Below are positions 49,378-63,200 of a DNA stretch of 64,000 nt, one piece after another. A program made the position numbers and the translations under genes. Positions within the stretch are counted from its first letter, which is position 1. Each line of letters opens with the position of its first letter. The DNA comes from Octopus sinensis (taxonomy: Eukaryota). Below the pieces are notes generated by a model. That model was not told the DNA's origin. It did not search any database and saw only the letters and a program-made list of their open reading frames with translations. Location of the stretch: positions 131,068,001 through 131,132,000 of the forward strand of contig NC_042999.1 in the NCBI RefSeq assembly GCF_006345805.1, given 5' to 3'.

Positions 49378-50960
49378 GTCGCCGACGTTGAATGGTTTTT
49401 TTTTCGGTGTCAACTGTTCCGCTGCTGACACCATCTTATCATCACTGTTTGCAGTGCTTTGTCTATCATTTTGCAGCTGGCTGAAACGTTTAGGGTTAGA
49501 ATATTTCTGCTTGGTGTCGAAACGATTTTGTTGTGGTTATTCTTTTCCCTGGTTTCTATTTTTACTCTCCCCTATACATCTACCCATATATTAACGGATA
49601 ACCCTGCGTTGGATCCTTTATAGCCGTATCAGTTTCTCCCTCGTAAAGAAGGAGTACAACATTTCCAAACAACTTATGGTTGAACCCATGAAAAACCCCT
49701 TCGTCCACAGACTCAATCTTGGACCTGTGGATGTAATAAAGGTTAGTTGTTGAATTATTATTTACCACTACATCTCTTTATATTTTCGTCTGCTGTTTTG
49801 TTTTTAAATTGCATATAAAAATTCCATCATGCTTGTAAATTATGTATATATATATATATCATGTTATCAGGAAATTGATTAATAGACGCCTTTGCTTGGG
49901 AACCCTTAACATTTACATTTAATATGCATTGCTGCAATCTTCTGTCCACCGGTTAAACATAATCTATCCGAAATTAATCTGTAATAAGTCAATCTACATC
50001 AAACTCATACAGTGCACGACAGGATTCAATTGACATGCGATGCCACTTCCATAAGGAATATCAGTTTATTGGAGTCTTGTAATTGTGTGAAAGTGTCAAC
50101 AATGTTTCTTTAGATTTCTTTCTTAGAATTTAAACTTAACAAGTGTAACGGCAAATGCCGACATGTTGGAATTAGTGTTGGTGCTTTCAAAAATGCTTGT
50201 AGAGTCTAACCTAAGGCAACGTACATCTGACATGGTGCAGTAATTATTTATATTCTCTGAAATTGTATGTAAATACCTTGAATTTTAAGAAAACTCTGTA
50301 GAGATGGTTTTCTGTATACCCCAAACTCTTTGATCGATTCAGTGCGTAGTGCACGAGAATCTACGGTCAAGGATAAAAGGTTTCGTTTTTCTTTTTACTT
50401 CGTATTAAGAAAAAGATTTAAAAAAAAAAACAAAAAAAAAAAACAGATTCCCCTCCCTTAAAACCCGATATCTGTGTAATGAAAATTTAGTTTTACTTTT
50501 AGTGGGACATTAAAGTAATTTCTAACTTCTCAATCGGCAGTAGGTGATATAGCAGAAGTCCGCGGCAACCGATTGGAACGGGTTGGATAGGATCTTCATG
50601 TAGAATCAGAAAGATGTCCTGCATCACCAAGACAACGCATGTGATATGCTTGATGCAGCAAAAAGATCATGGACTTATGTTGGGAAATTCTCCACCTATC
50701 ATGTTCTCAAGAAATGGCACTATCTATCTGATGACCATACTTTGCTACATCATCATCTTTAATGTGAAAATAGCATGCTAATGTTAAGATATTAGAAAAA
50801 GAGGTTGTGCTTAAAAACATTTTAATTAGCAAGGCAGCCAAAACCTAAATGAAATCTGTGAAATCGTTAGTTGAAAGAACATAAACTTTAAGAAAGAATT
50901 TTTATTCGCTTATAAGTTGATTTTTTAAAAATTTCTTGAGTTATGATATTCTCTGGCGAC

Positions 50961-51005
<45 letters not shown>

Positions 51006-54000
51006 TCATTCATCACTGCTCAGAGTTTTGCGTTCCTATTTTCTTTTCCTTTTTCACAGAACGAGTTGGGGGGGACATGAAACAAGGAGCGTCATCGTCG
51101 TTGAATAAATGAATTAACTTTATTTCATGTATTGAGTACTTTTTCCTGTTTATATAAGAACACGCATATACGTACGCACACACAATTCGAGTCTCTATAT
51201 TTAATATATGATTTTTTTAGGTTTTTAAATTCGTAAAAAGAAAAAAAAGTTTGTTATTCGTTGCTATTGTTATATCGAAAGTGTTTCTATATCATGTGTT
51301 AAGGCTGCATCGTAGCACATAGTCAAGTGGTTTAATCTGTAATTAAACTACATATTACTGTCAGTAAACGAAAAGAAGGGGTTGTGATTAGTCCTGAGCT
51401 TCTCTCTAAAGTGACATCATCTTATAATTGTGATCAAGTCATCAGTTGTGTCGAGTGCAGACCCCATCAGGCCATCATTTCAGTGTCATCTGATATCTGT
51501 CCAATGCTAATTCTGTTTCCACTTCCTCTTTTCCTATGCACTTCTGTCTTTACCGGCAGTTATTTCTTTTCATTCTTCTTTCTTTTGCAACTCTCTTTAA
51601 TTCAAGTGTGTTATATCGAGTATTTATCATTTTCTTTCAACAATTATTGCTCACAATGGTTTATTAAGTACTAATTTTTCCCAGACATTAAGATTGTCGA
51701 TGATCAAATGTTATATTTATTACATTAGATTTTATAAATATTTAGTTATTTTTTCGTAATTTCTTATCAGTAGATTTGGTTTTAATAATGCTTCTTACAA
51801 AGCTTTATCGCGCAAATGATGCTTGTCTGCAAAACTGAATGTTAATTTTTGCTCATTAAAACTTCGTATAATGAGGCATTATATGTTGTGTATGTGTGTG
51901 TGTATATAGATAGATAGATAGATAGATAGATAGATCGGTTCATTAAGAAAATATTCAAGGAGAAACTTGAAATGTTCATAATTAAACCAAGGATAATCTT
52001 TAATCGGCATATACGGTCAAAATAATTTCTGTACTAAATCTAACGTCGCTGAGATGTTCTTTAGGCTAGATTTTATTTTAAAAACACTCGAGTTATATAA
52101 CATAGATTTCCTTGGTTTAATCTCATCTCCAACGCTTTTTTGAACTAAACTATTTAAAATATTTATTGGCATTTCTTTCGTAATTGCTACAAATTAAAGC
52201 ATCATATGCGACAAGATGTTATGAGCATACTCACACAAACACTACTCTAGCTGAGGATTTTCCTCATCTTTTATTTTGTTTTCCCATCTCAATTGTGACG
52301 CCACATATGTTCGCACGCACATTTACATACAACGAACGCACACCATTCTATACGCACGCACATCTCGTGTGTTCACAAGCAGAAAACCTGCTGTAAATAA
52401 AAGCAAGAACACGCATGCGTATTTCTGCTTGTATCCCCCTCATGCACTTTAAATTTTTCTCTGTTGAAATAGCTGAAAACTTTTCTCGGTACACGCTTTA
52501 CACACACACACACACGTGTAAATATGATCCAGGGATCCGAGTTAGGAAGTTTGTAAACTCCAAGCAATAAACGGGTAGATAGAGAACAAATTCATATTTA
52601 TCGTATGCTGTCCAATTTTTGTTCTCTATACTAGCCGTATATATATATTTATACTTTCATCAGGAAAACCACTTTTTTTTTTTAACACATTCTTTTAATT
52701 CTGAATTGTTTTTGATAAATTTGAAATATACATGAATATTTTAGCTATTAGTACAAAAAGGAGCATCAAGATTTGACATTTACTAAAGACGTTTGTTAAT
52801 TAAAAATATAAACGCATTAAGGAAATGTACTTCTATTATTTTACCAGTCGCTTGTATACGCTGTGTCGGCCCTTCCTTTATTTTAGGCTATACGTGTCCT
52901 TTTGTTGTGAATGAGTCGTGAATTGAACAGGTGTTCACGATAAACCTAGGCGTTGGCAAACAATCAACAACACAAAGTTGAAAGTGAAAGGAAAACCAAT
53001 TGGAGGAAAACTGCAAGTACATAAACGGAACAATAATTTGTCATTCATGCAGATCGGACATTACCCCATGAGGCTCTCCTAAAATGTGCATTGTCCATGC
53101 CCCTTTGCTTTATTTCTTTTTAACATTAAAAAAAAAAATCCTATGACTATTGTATACTTTTGTAAGCCATAAAAAAATTTTCTAAAGAAAATAGTAACAA
53201 ATACGTTTTTTTTCTGTAGTTTCGCTAATATTTAATCCGACAAACCAGAAAAAAAGAATAAAGAACTGAGCTTATTTTTAGACCTTAATCTCTAATGTGT
53301 AATGAACTATCTTTTCAATAGATTGATTTATTTTACTAGGATGCTATTGTCTAGATTATTGATTTTTGTTGAATAGGTTAGGTGGGATTTCCGACAACTT
53401 ATTGGTAAATAATTTGACCGTTGATGTTAAGAGGGATGAGAATATATCTATTACTCTTGTTAGAGGTTAGTGGGCTGAATAAATTTGTTGGTAAAATGTG
53501 TTTTCTGCTGGTCATGTTGATGTTAGATCTTGAGAACTTGACATTTCGAAACTTTAGAATGGTAGCTATATTTAAGGGATTTGCTGCAATTACAGTAAAA
53601 AAAAATCCGATTGATTTGGTTACTGAATAAACGTTATTTATATTTGGACATAGGTCAAGTAAAACCAAATCTAATTGGTCTTCATAGCTGCTTTCTCATC
53701 ATAAATTATATATTGATTTTATTATTAAATTTGTATATATTTTTAAGGCTAAAATTAACTATCTCAATCCTTATTGCAACTTAAAAGGGTTCAGTAATCT
53801 CATCCTCCATCCTGCTCTCTCAAAACACACTAAGTTCCAATTTATCTCATTTTAGTAACAGTTACACTTTTTCCAATTAGGACAAATTGGAAAGTTCTTA
53901 ATGTCATATATTTCCTTGTATTTTTTCCTTTTTTCTCCTTGTCTTTAGTTTACAATAAAAATCTCAACCCATTGTTATATGTGTGGCTTCCTTCAGTTAG

Positions 54001-54729
54001 CTAATTTTTGTAAGGCATTATTATACTCTTTGCTATTGGCTTTCTGCTAACTCTTTTAAACCCTACTTTACTATCAATTTATACTTTTAAGAAAGCTCAA
54101 ATAAAAGTCCCTAATTGTTTCAGCTTTGTAATTAGATATTCTCATTCTGTTCTTTATGCAATAAATTCACCATTTGCACAATCAGTTGAATATCTTAAGT
54201 TACATTGGATTCTCCAGTGACAAACTCTATTGGAAGAAAATTTATTTGAATTTTATTCTGTAATTGTTACATACACCATACATAATGAAATAGTCATTAT
54301 GTATACCTATTGACATGACTCGTAATCTTGTGATATATATTTATAGTGGTTTTCATTAATGTTTCAGACATAGAATTCCATTTCTTTGTCTTCTAACAGA
54401 ATTTCATGTCTGGTTGTCTACAAATAACTTAACGTGTAAAATTCTACAATTTAGCAAGACTTTTGTCCAGTGTTTTATTCAGCAATTTACTTCACAGAAC
54501 ATGTTCCTTTTTCTAGTGAACAAGTTTGACAGTGTACTTCATTTCACTCTCTCTACACATTTCATGTACACTACCTCTTTAACCATTCCCATTGCCATAT
54601 TTTTTTAATTCTCTGTATGTTAACTGAACATTAAGAAATTTATATGAATATTTTATTAACAACTGATAAATTGGCCGCTGAGAGTTTATGTAAATAAAGG
54701 CTTTATAAGCATCAGTTTGAGATAGAAAA

Positions 54730-55110
54730 GAATGGCTGTGTGGTAAGTAGCTTGCTTACCAACCACATAGTTCCGGGTTCAGTCCCACTGCGTGGCATCT
54801 TAGGCAAGTGTCTTCTGCTATAGCCTTGGGCCGACCAATGCCTTGTGAGTGGATTTGGTAGACGGAAACTGAAAGAAGCCTGTCGTATATATGTATGTGT
54901 GTGTATATGTTTGTGTTTCTGTGTTTGTCCCCCCAACATCACTTGACAACCGATGCTGGTGTGTTTACGTCCCCGTCACCTAGCAGTTCGGCAAAAGAGA
55001 CCGATAGAATAAGTACTGGGCTTACAAAGAATAAGTCCCGGAGTCGATTTGCTCGACTTAAGGTGGTGCTCTAGCATGGCCGCAGTCAAATGACTGAAAC
55101 AAGTAAAAAA
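54730..55110 (+). mobile_element. SINE family A, young full-length copy
   Basis: TGGCTGTGTGGTAAG...GGGTTCAGTCCC head; CpGs retained; A-rich tail. Confidence 0.9.
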
Positions 55111-55624
55111 AGAAAGAGACTGCTTTCATTGTAGCATTGATCAAAAATCTAATTAAGGTGACTACCTGCTCAATTATGTTTTACCGTTTATATTAGTCAA
55201 GCTGGTGTCCTCATTTTCATTGTTGTTTTCACTTCATTTTGTCTATTGTATGATTCAACCTTCTTTGGGTGGATTTTGTGACATTTTTTTGCTTCAGTTG
55301 TATTGTGTGAATTACCTTAATGTCTTGCCTGGGATTGAATTCAGAACCTCTAGGTGACTGCACTGCATTAACCAATCTCTTTATCTATTACACATAGTAG
55401 ATGAAATAAATACAACAACCGAGTTCAACACAAGACACTTGAAGGAAGCTAGAGCGTACAACAGCCAAAATGTAGTGAAAGCAACAATCAAGATGAGGAC
55501 ACTAGTCTGACTAATATAAACAGTATGCATAATATAAATTCATCCTCTCAGAAATATAGAATTGTATTACTTGCTTAATATTGAAACTTGTTTATTCAGT
55601 TGAGTAAAATTTCTGAATGTGAAG

Positions 55625-56810
55625 GATCATCATCTTTTAACGTCATCTATGATAGCATGGTTGAACAGTTCAACAGAATCCAATGTGTCTGAGGACTACA
55701 TTGTGCTCCAATGTCTGCATTGCTTTGGTTTCTACAACTCTATGGCCTTCCTATTGTCAACCATTTTATAGTGTGTACTGGGTGCTTCTTTCATGACACC
55801 AGTGCTAGTGAGATCACCACGCAGGTCCCAAACTATGATCACTGCAAAGAATGCAGCTGTATACATTGTCATCATTATACTAGATGAGTGGTTAATGTAA
55901 GAAAGAAGGGGCAGAACAGAACTCGATTTTTGATGTAGGGGAGCTACATGGCTACTCACATTATAGAAGAGAGGCTGGAATTAAGTGGGAAGGAGCCGGA
56001 AAGAGAACTAAGATAAAATAGTGATGAAGTGGACCCTTAGGGACAAGAAAGGGAATAGAAGTGATTGTTCACAGAACAGGGAGTGAGGGTGGGTAGAAGT
56101 TGCAGGGGTGTATGAGAAGAGTGAATGACGGTTAGTGATGGGAATGGATGAAGGAGAGAACGTAATGATGAACAAGAGTTGGAAAGTGGTTGCTGATAAA
56201 TAGATAGGGATGGTGGGGAAGAGTAGGTGATGACTAGAGATTGGGTAAGATTGAGGGGTGGATGTGTTGCATAGTGGACAAAAGTAGAGGGGTGATTCAT
56301 GTGAGATAGGGTAGGTTAGGTGATGACCGACAGTACAAAAGTGGGTAAAAGTAGCAGAATAGTAATAATATAGTACATAACGGTAGGATGAGAGAGAGGG
56401 AGCTGACATGTAGGGTGCATGAGAAAGTGAAGGAAGATATAATAAGCAGTTCTACTCTCATTTAATTACAACAACAGAATATTGCAGTTACAAAGTTAAT
56501 GGTGGGGGCTTCACTGATAGACAAATGTTGGATGGTAGAGAAGGCTTGAGGAGGAATGCAGCTGTATATATTGTATTTCCAGGATCTCAGTTTCACTGAA
56601 ATGGGTGGGTCTTCTTGAGCACCACATATCTCTAGTCCTCATGAATCTTTATCATCTTCTCTGTAAGGTTCAGAGTCTTGAGATCAGTTTTCCCTATGTC
56701 TTCCTAGATCTCATCCACAAGCTCTGTCCACCTTAAGTGATCAGCACTTCTTCAAACAACTCTCCTCGTCCATATGCATTGCATATCGGTGTAGTCTTCT
56801 TTCTTACATA
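55625..56810 (-). mobile_element. Old RTE LINE 3' end with long low-complexity 3' UTR
   Basis: CATCAT tail at ~55627, G/A-rich tract 55900-56550, C-terminal coding remnant 56600-56800; same layout as 9436-10600. Confidence 0.6.
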
Positions 56811-57409
56811 CTTTATAACAGTTTAGACAAGTTGGTTATACTCTTTTAATCCAGCACTAATCACAAAATGAAGATGTGTTGATACATCTGTATACACATG
56901 TGCCTATGCAACATATATTTTGCCATTTAACCTCATAAACACAAATTACTGTTTTTCTCTTTTTTTTTCCCTCTCCAAAGACTTAAAACTGATTTTATGC
57001 ATAATAATTGCATATCAATTTTTACTTGGGTATGATATAATGAATCCCTGCCACTGTGACTGATAAAGAAAGCATTATCAACCCTTTTAATATCAACCTG
57101 CTTGAAATTGTCCCTGCATCTCTCATACAAAACTCTTGTAGAAAATCTTGATTCAATTTGTAATATGTTTTTAATTTTTTTAAACCTCACTTTAGTTATT
57201 TTAGTATGAAGTACATATATTTTAAATTGATATTCATTTGTTTCAATTAAAAATTCAACCTGATGAGTTCATATATATGATTTAAATCATAATTCAGTTG
57301 TTTTATATTAAATTTATCTTAATTTGAAATGCAGTTGCTTTAATTTGAGAGAGAAAAGGTGTGCTGTAACTTTCTGTACTTAATTGAATCGCATCTCTTT
57401 TTGTAACAT

Positions 57410-57975
57410 TCATGACCCCATTCATCAGTTTGATACCTCTACAATTTCCTCTCTGTAAAGCATATCCTCTATCCTTGTTACTGTTGACTATGATGCTACA
57501 CCAGTTATTAGGTACACACCAGTGGTTAGGTACAACCCCTTTCTGTGCAACCTGATTGGCTATATTGGTAACTAGGCTGTATCCTCACTGCCAGACATTT
57601 TAAGCATCTCTACCTAATTTCAGATGGTCCAAGGGCTTTTTCTGTCATCATATCCTTAAATGCTTTCTCTATCATACTGTTATTAACTAGGATAGCTGGT
57701 CCCTCTGTTGAGTCCACATTAGGAATAACCACTTTCTCCAAGGCATTCTCTACATTTAATAGCCTTTCAGAGTAGCACTTCCATACCTCTTTCTTTTTAG
57801 AATCAGTAATTGCAAGTGTACCATTATCCATTTTTACAAACTTCTCACCCACATTTCAATTCTCTCTGATATACTTTCTTGTAGGCTGGAACATTCTCAT
57901 ACCTCAGATTCTCATGATGTAGAACATGAGCAAATCTCTTTCTTTCTGCTCCTGCCCTTGCCAAGTAAATCCACT
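57410..57975 (-). mobile_element. RTE LINE fragment
   Basis: KEVWKCYSERLLNVEN...EGPAI...KALGPSEI. Confidence 0.75.
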
Positions 57976-58499
57976 GCTTGATCATGTGTGACTGGCGCTA
58001 TTTGGATACACTTAACAGTGTCATTGATGATTAATAAACTTCCACTCAATGGCTCAAATATGACTGAGGCTTCACTGAGATGCTTTTGGCTACAGCAAGA
58101 ATGAAAAAGCTTTTAGACACGAATGAAAAGAAACAAATGAGATTTGTTTTTATCAAAAAGAAGTATACTGTCAGAAAAGTTTCTATAAGGATGAAATACA
58201 TGAAACTTGAAGAAACTAATTTTAGTGCCATAAGATCAGTTCATCCAAAAGAAAATTGATAATTGCTGAAATAGTCAGATTTTTATAATAACATCAAAAT
58301 TTGAATTAGTTTAAAGTCATTATCAGAAATTGTTTTTTTTTTATGAATTTGAAAAAAAAAAGATTGAAACTCATGCACTGCAGAAGTTATGATTCAAATG
58401 AGACTCAAAGATGGTATGTAGTCACCTGAGCATTAAAACATTTCATTCAGATTCTTCTCCAAATTCCCTCTCAACATTTCATTTTCTTTCTGGCATGAA

Positions 58500-60240
58500 T
58501 TATTTTGCTCAGTTGTATTTGAAGGAACTTATAATCAGATAGAAATTTGTTCTGGTGTAAGAGAAGTTACACCAACAAATACACCAATAAATCATTTAGG
58601 AAAAGCATGACTACTATATAGAATTAAACCAACCAGTGTTGTTTTTAGATTGAAAATATTATTTCCAATAATCATTGATAATCATTCATTAAAGTGAGGT
58701 GTGTTAAAACTGTTGAAAGTCTACATTTCAAGGTAAATAAGATCATAAAAAGGTTGGAAGTATCAGGTATAGTAATAAATTGAGCTTAATTTATGTATGA
58801 GATTGATGTAGTGTCTATTTTGGGACATTGACTATCAGAGGAAGGTATATCACCAGATTATTGTTTAGCAGTGAGAGTCATGTATATAAAATCATCAAAG
58901 AATAAGAAGCAATTCGAATCTTTTATTGGACTTGCCATTTTCGTGGGAAAAATATTAACTATTATTCAGATATTATATTATTTTGTAAACTTGGTGTTCC
59001 ATTGTTTTTGATTATCCAACTGCAAAAGGCAGCATATAAAATTGATGGTCAGTATCGAAGCCAGTTGTTCAGATTTTTGATGTCACAAAAAACATTGCTT
59101 CAACTAATGCAAATGATAAGGCTGTACCAGGAATACTTTCACATGATGCTCATCCTGTATTATATTTGTCAAGTATAAACCACAGCTGAAACAAAACGGT
59201 CAGATATTGAAAGGAAGGCCATGGCAGCAATTGTAAGGTGTAGTCAGTGTACAGCATTTTCTGCTTGGCTTGAAATTCAAATTTGGTTTCAGATCATAAG
59301 CTCCATAATTTATTTTTAGCAAAAATTATGGTTTACCAAAAGTCACACCTGCACATAAATTAAGATGAGCCTTACAAATGGATAGCATTTAATTATGAAA
59401 TTAATTATGTAAGAGATCTGAAAAACCATAAGGTGAAAGTGACCATGATGATTTTTCTTCATTCATCTTGTATAAATTGATGCTATGAAATGTAAAAGTA
59501 TAAAGTTGGAGATGGCCAGTGGTAGTATTTTATCTGGTATATTAAAAAGAATTTTTAATAATAATTGGAGCAACTGTTCTGTTGCTGAAAAGTCATTTGA
59601 GTAATTCAAAAGTAAGTTAATAGTTGAAGATGGTATCTTGTGTTATGTTGAATGAATTGTCCCCCTGATCTGTTTGACAACATTAATAATAAAATCTATG
59701 CATGATGTACACTTTTGTTCAATGGCCACAAGGAATTGATTGAAATTAGAAGTTAGTAGCCAGGTTATTGTGAAGATGTGAATAATATGTAAGAAAAAGC
59801 CCAATGTATACTAAAATAAAACAAGAGTTACTTCAAGCATGATTTAAAGAAAGTAAAAGTTTAGATATGTGTACATATAAATCATGCTTATTTCTAGAAT
59901 CTAGGCCTGTTCCTATTATTCATTGATGCACATTTTGGGTGGCCAGAAGTATTAAGAGCGAAGAATTAAGACACAGAAATAGTTTTCTTGAAATAGGATT
60001 CCAGAAATGTTAGTGTCTGATAATAGCTGTGAATTTCATGATAATGGTTTATGTACATAGTTTAATAAGTTCAAATATAAAACTATAAAAATACCCCCAT
60101 ATCATCCAGAATCAAACAGAATTGCTGAAAGAATGGTTGTAAGTATTAAGACAGATTTAAGAGTATTTACCAAGTTCTGTTAATGCATTTTTGAGTTGCA
60201 TGCTTTTGAGTTATCAGACAATCCCTCACTTTGGATGACT
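58500..60240 (+). mobile_element. Highly decayed Ty3/Gypsy pol remnant (RT, RNase H, integrase)
   Basis: Integrase motifs by manual reading: FIDAHFGWPEV, PEMLVSDNSCEF, PPYHPESNRIAERMV, LLSYQTIPH; many stops and frameshifts. Confidence 0.75.
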
Positions 60241-60804
60241 TCTTAGTTCATCTGCTTTAAGGGTACACAAATATGATTGTTAGTAACAGTGCCTGATAAA
60301 ACTACATCTTCTGTTTGACATTGATGTAAAAGACCTGACAAACCACAAGCAGGCTGTGATTCTAAAAGGTTTATGAAGATCAAATAAACATTGACAGAAA
60401 TATTAATGGTGAACATTTGCAGAATCACTCTTAATAAAGTGTGTGATCTGAAAACTGACACAGGAACAAACCCTGCAAATGTCATTAAAATGCAGTTCTC
60501 AAATAACAAAAGGAATTATGATGATTTGTTTCCAGGAGATGTGATATCATTAAAATGCTTATATTGTGTGTGTTTTATATACTAATTAAGACTAAAGTGG
60601 CTATCAGTTCAATGTTGAAATTTGGCCAGGCAGTTGGATAAAACTTGTTTGAACACATGACTACAGTGTTACTTAGATAAATTTAGTAAGATACTTATAA
60701 TGACTAATATCATTTGGTATTTTGTAATTAAATATACTTGCTGCAGTCTTCTTTAAATGAAAAAAACAAACAAAACGTAAAAGTTACCTCAACTTTTGGA
60801 CTCA

Positions 60805-61040
60805 AATTTATGGCTGTGTAGTTAAAATTCTCTTTGCTGCCTTGTGGTTTTGAGTTTGGTTCAATTGCACAACCTTCTTGGGCCAGCCAATTCCTTGTGA
60901 GTGAATTTGGTAGACATAAACTGGGAAGACTATCGTGTGTGTGTGTGTGTGTGTTTGTAGTGTTTGTTCCCCTCACCACTTGGCAACTAGTGTTGGTTTG
61001 TTAATATACCTACCTGTAACTTATTGGTTTAGCTGAAGAG
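60805..61040 (+). mobile_element. SINE family A, degenerate
   Basis: CCTTGTGAGTGAATTTGGTAGAC...(TG)n...TGTTGGTTTGTT. Confidence 0.65.
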
Positions 61041-61204
61041 ACCCTTAATAGCATTCTATTTTAGCCTAGTTTTCAATCCTTTTAATATTTTGGTGTTTGA
61101 TTAAGTTAGTTGAACAAATAACATGTAGTTTTCTCTTGGAAGAATGATTAGCTTTATGGCATTGTTTTAGTGAAGTTTCATGATGATGATCATAATTTTG
61201 TCTG

Positions 61205-61560
61205 AAGTTGTCTTGTTAAGTGGCACAAACCCAACTATCTCATCTAAGCAAATTTTCTGGCACAGAACTAATTTTCTTCCTAATTAGTTGTACTGTAATT
61301 CTTTCTGCTACTTTCATGACTTGGTCCATTAGTTTGGCATCTGCTTCTCTTCTGGTTCCCCTTGATAAAAATATCTGCTGTCTGCCTTCTCTTTTAGCTA
61401 CCTGATATTGTTCCTTTCTCATTACTTTCTGCTATTCTTTTGAGGCCTTTGTCTTAGCTTTTATGGCTCTAACTACAGTACCATCTCACTACTGCATCCT
61501 CTTCTTTTTGGCTGGAACTTTACTCCATCCATAGTTCTGGCCTGTGGTATATTAATTTTC
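61205..61560 (-). mobile_element. RTE LINE fragment
   Basis: EQYQVAKREGRQQIFLSRG...LMDQVMKVAERITVQLIRKKI. Confidence 0.65.
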
Positions 61561-61627
61561 ATAGTACTTTGGAGATGGTTGATGTAAATATCAGTTAAAA
61601 TATGTTGCTATTGTTCTTTTGGTACAC

Positions 61628-61850
61628 TAAGGCGGCATGCTGGCAGAGTCATTAGCATGCTGGGCAAAATGCTTAGTGGCATTTTATCTGTCTTTATGTT
61701 CTGAGTTCAGATGCCACCAAGGTCAACTTTGTCTTTCATCCTTTCAGGGTCGATGAAATGTGCACGTTGAACACTGCAGTCAGTCAATATAATCAACTAA
61801 CCCTCTTCAGCAAAATTTCAGGCCTTATACTTATAGTAGAAAAGATTATT
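61628..61850 (+). mobile_element. SINE family B
   Basis: AAGGCGGCATGCTGGCAGA...GGTCAACTTTGTCTTTCATCCTTTCAGGGTCGATGAAAT. Confidence 0.8.
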
Positions 61851-62349
61851 TTGGTACCCCATTATTTTGAGTTAAGATCTTGATCGTATTAAGGTGGCTA
61901 GTGAGCCAGTTTTGTGAATTTGAATCTTGTTGATTCAAATTCACAAAGCTGACTCACTAGTCCTGTGTTGTCTCTTTTGCGAAACAAAATATTTGACTTG
62001 CTTTCAGTAACTGGGAAAATATGCTACACCCACCTTACAGTTGACTGATTAGTATTGATTTATAAATAATATTTTATGTCAGTAACATACAGTCTGGCCC
62101 ATATTAGCAGAGACAAGATTGATACTATATGATAATGTATGATTCTTCAATGTGTGTTAATAGAAAGCAAAGTTTTAAGGGGGGGGGGAAGAAATGTTTT
62201 TTTGAAGTTGTATTACATTGTTTGTTATTCAAAAAATAAGAGTAATCACAGACAATTTTTAACAGAATTAAATTTAAGTACAGTGTCATGGATTTCATAG
62301 TTTGAATACTTTCTGCTGCATGTTTTTAATGTTGGGTATGTTAATTTAA

Positions 62350-63200
62350 AGAGAAAGATTAGTCCAGTCCTTAGTGGAGACATGAGAAGTACTGTTATCT
62401 TTGAAATGCTTTTTTAGTATTGTAAAGAAATACTGAAGCATAAACAGAAATCTCAAGTGGTGCATGCTAAAAGTGGCAGACAGCAGAAAAATAGGTGCAG
62501 CAATCTTGTAGAAGTTAGCATGACATTAAAGGGAGTAGAGGATTTTGTTAAAAGAGAATTAAAGAAAAAGTAGAGACTCCCGTTTTAAGATTCTTAGAAG
62601 TACAGTTTATCACATAAATGATATTTTCTGATATATTGAATATTGGCAATTGAAGATAATGCACTGTCATAAATATGCTTCTCCAAGAAATATCTTTTAA
62701 AGCTGAAGAGGGAGAAACATTTTTTTCTTTGGTTATCTTGTCAATACATGGACATACAGTAAATGGATTTCTTGGGCTTTGAAGCTGTTCATTAAAACTG
62801 CACTTTTTATTTTTTTCCCTTATTCTTTCTGCTCCTAACATAAATACAGTATGTAGTTTGCAGTTGTTAAAGTTTACTAATTTGCTAGATTCATGTATGA
62901 AGACTTCTCTTTAGTTAGAGAATATAGATACCTGGCAGGACATTTGAAGATTGGTAGTGGCAAATGTTTGCTGTAAAATTGCTACACCAACTCTGCCACA
63001 TTTTTTTTTTTACTGAGCTACTAACTTGTTTTATTTTAAAGAACTATTAACATAATCAGTAAAGCTGAAAGTTTTGTCTTGACAGATGTATTCACCGTTT
63101 CCATGACATCATTGATAAACTGTGGAAGCTGTTCTGACAATAGATTCTAATCTTTTGTAACAGATTGTGATAGATAATTAGTTATCAGTAAGTCTTCATT
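62350..63200 (-). mobile_element. Possible very old hAT (Buster/Charlie-like) transposase remnant
   Basis: Weak peptide resemblance only (LSEQLPQFINDVMETVN; YKIAAPIFLL). Confidence 0.25.
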
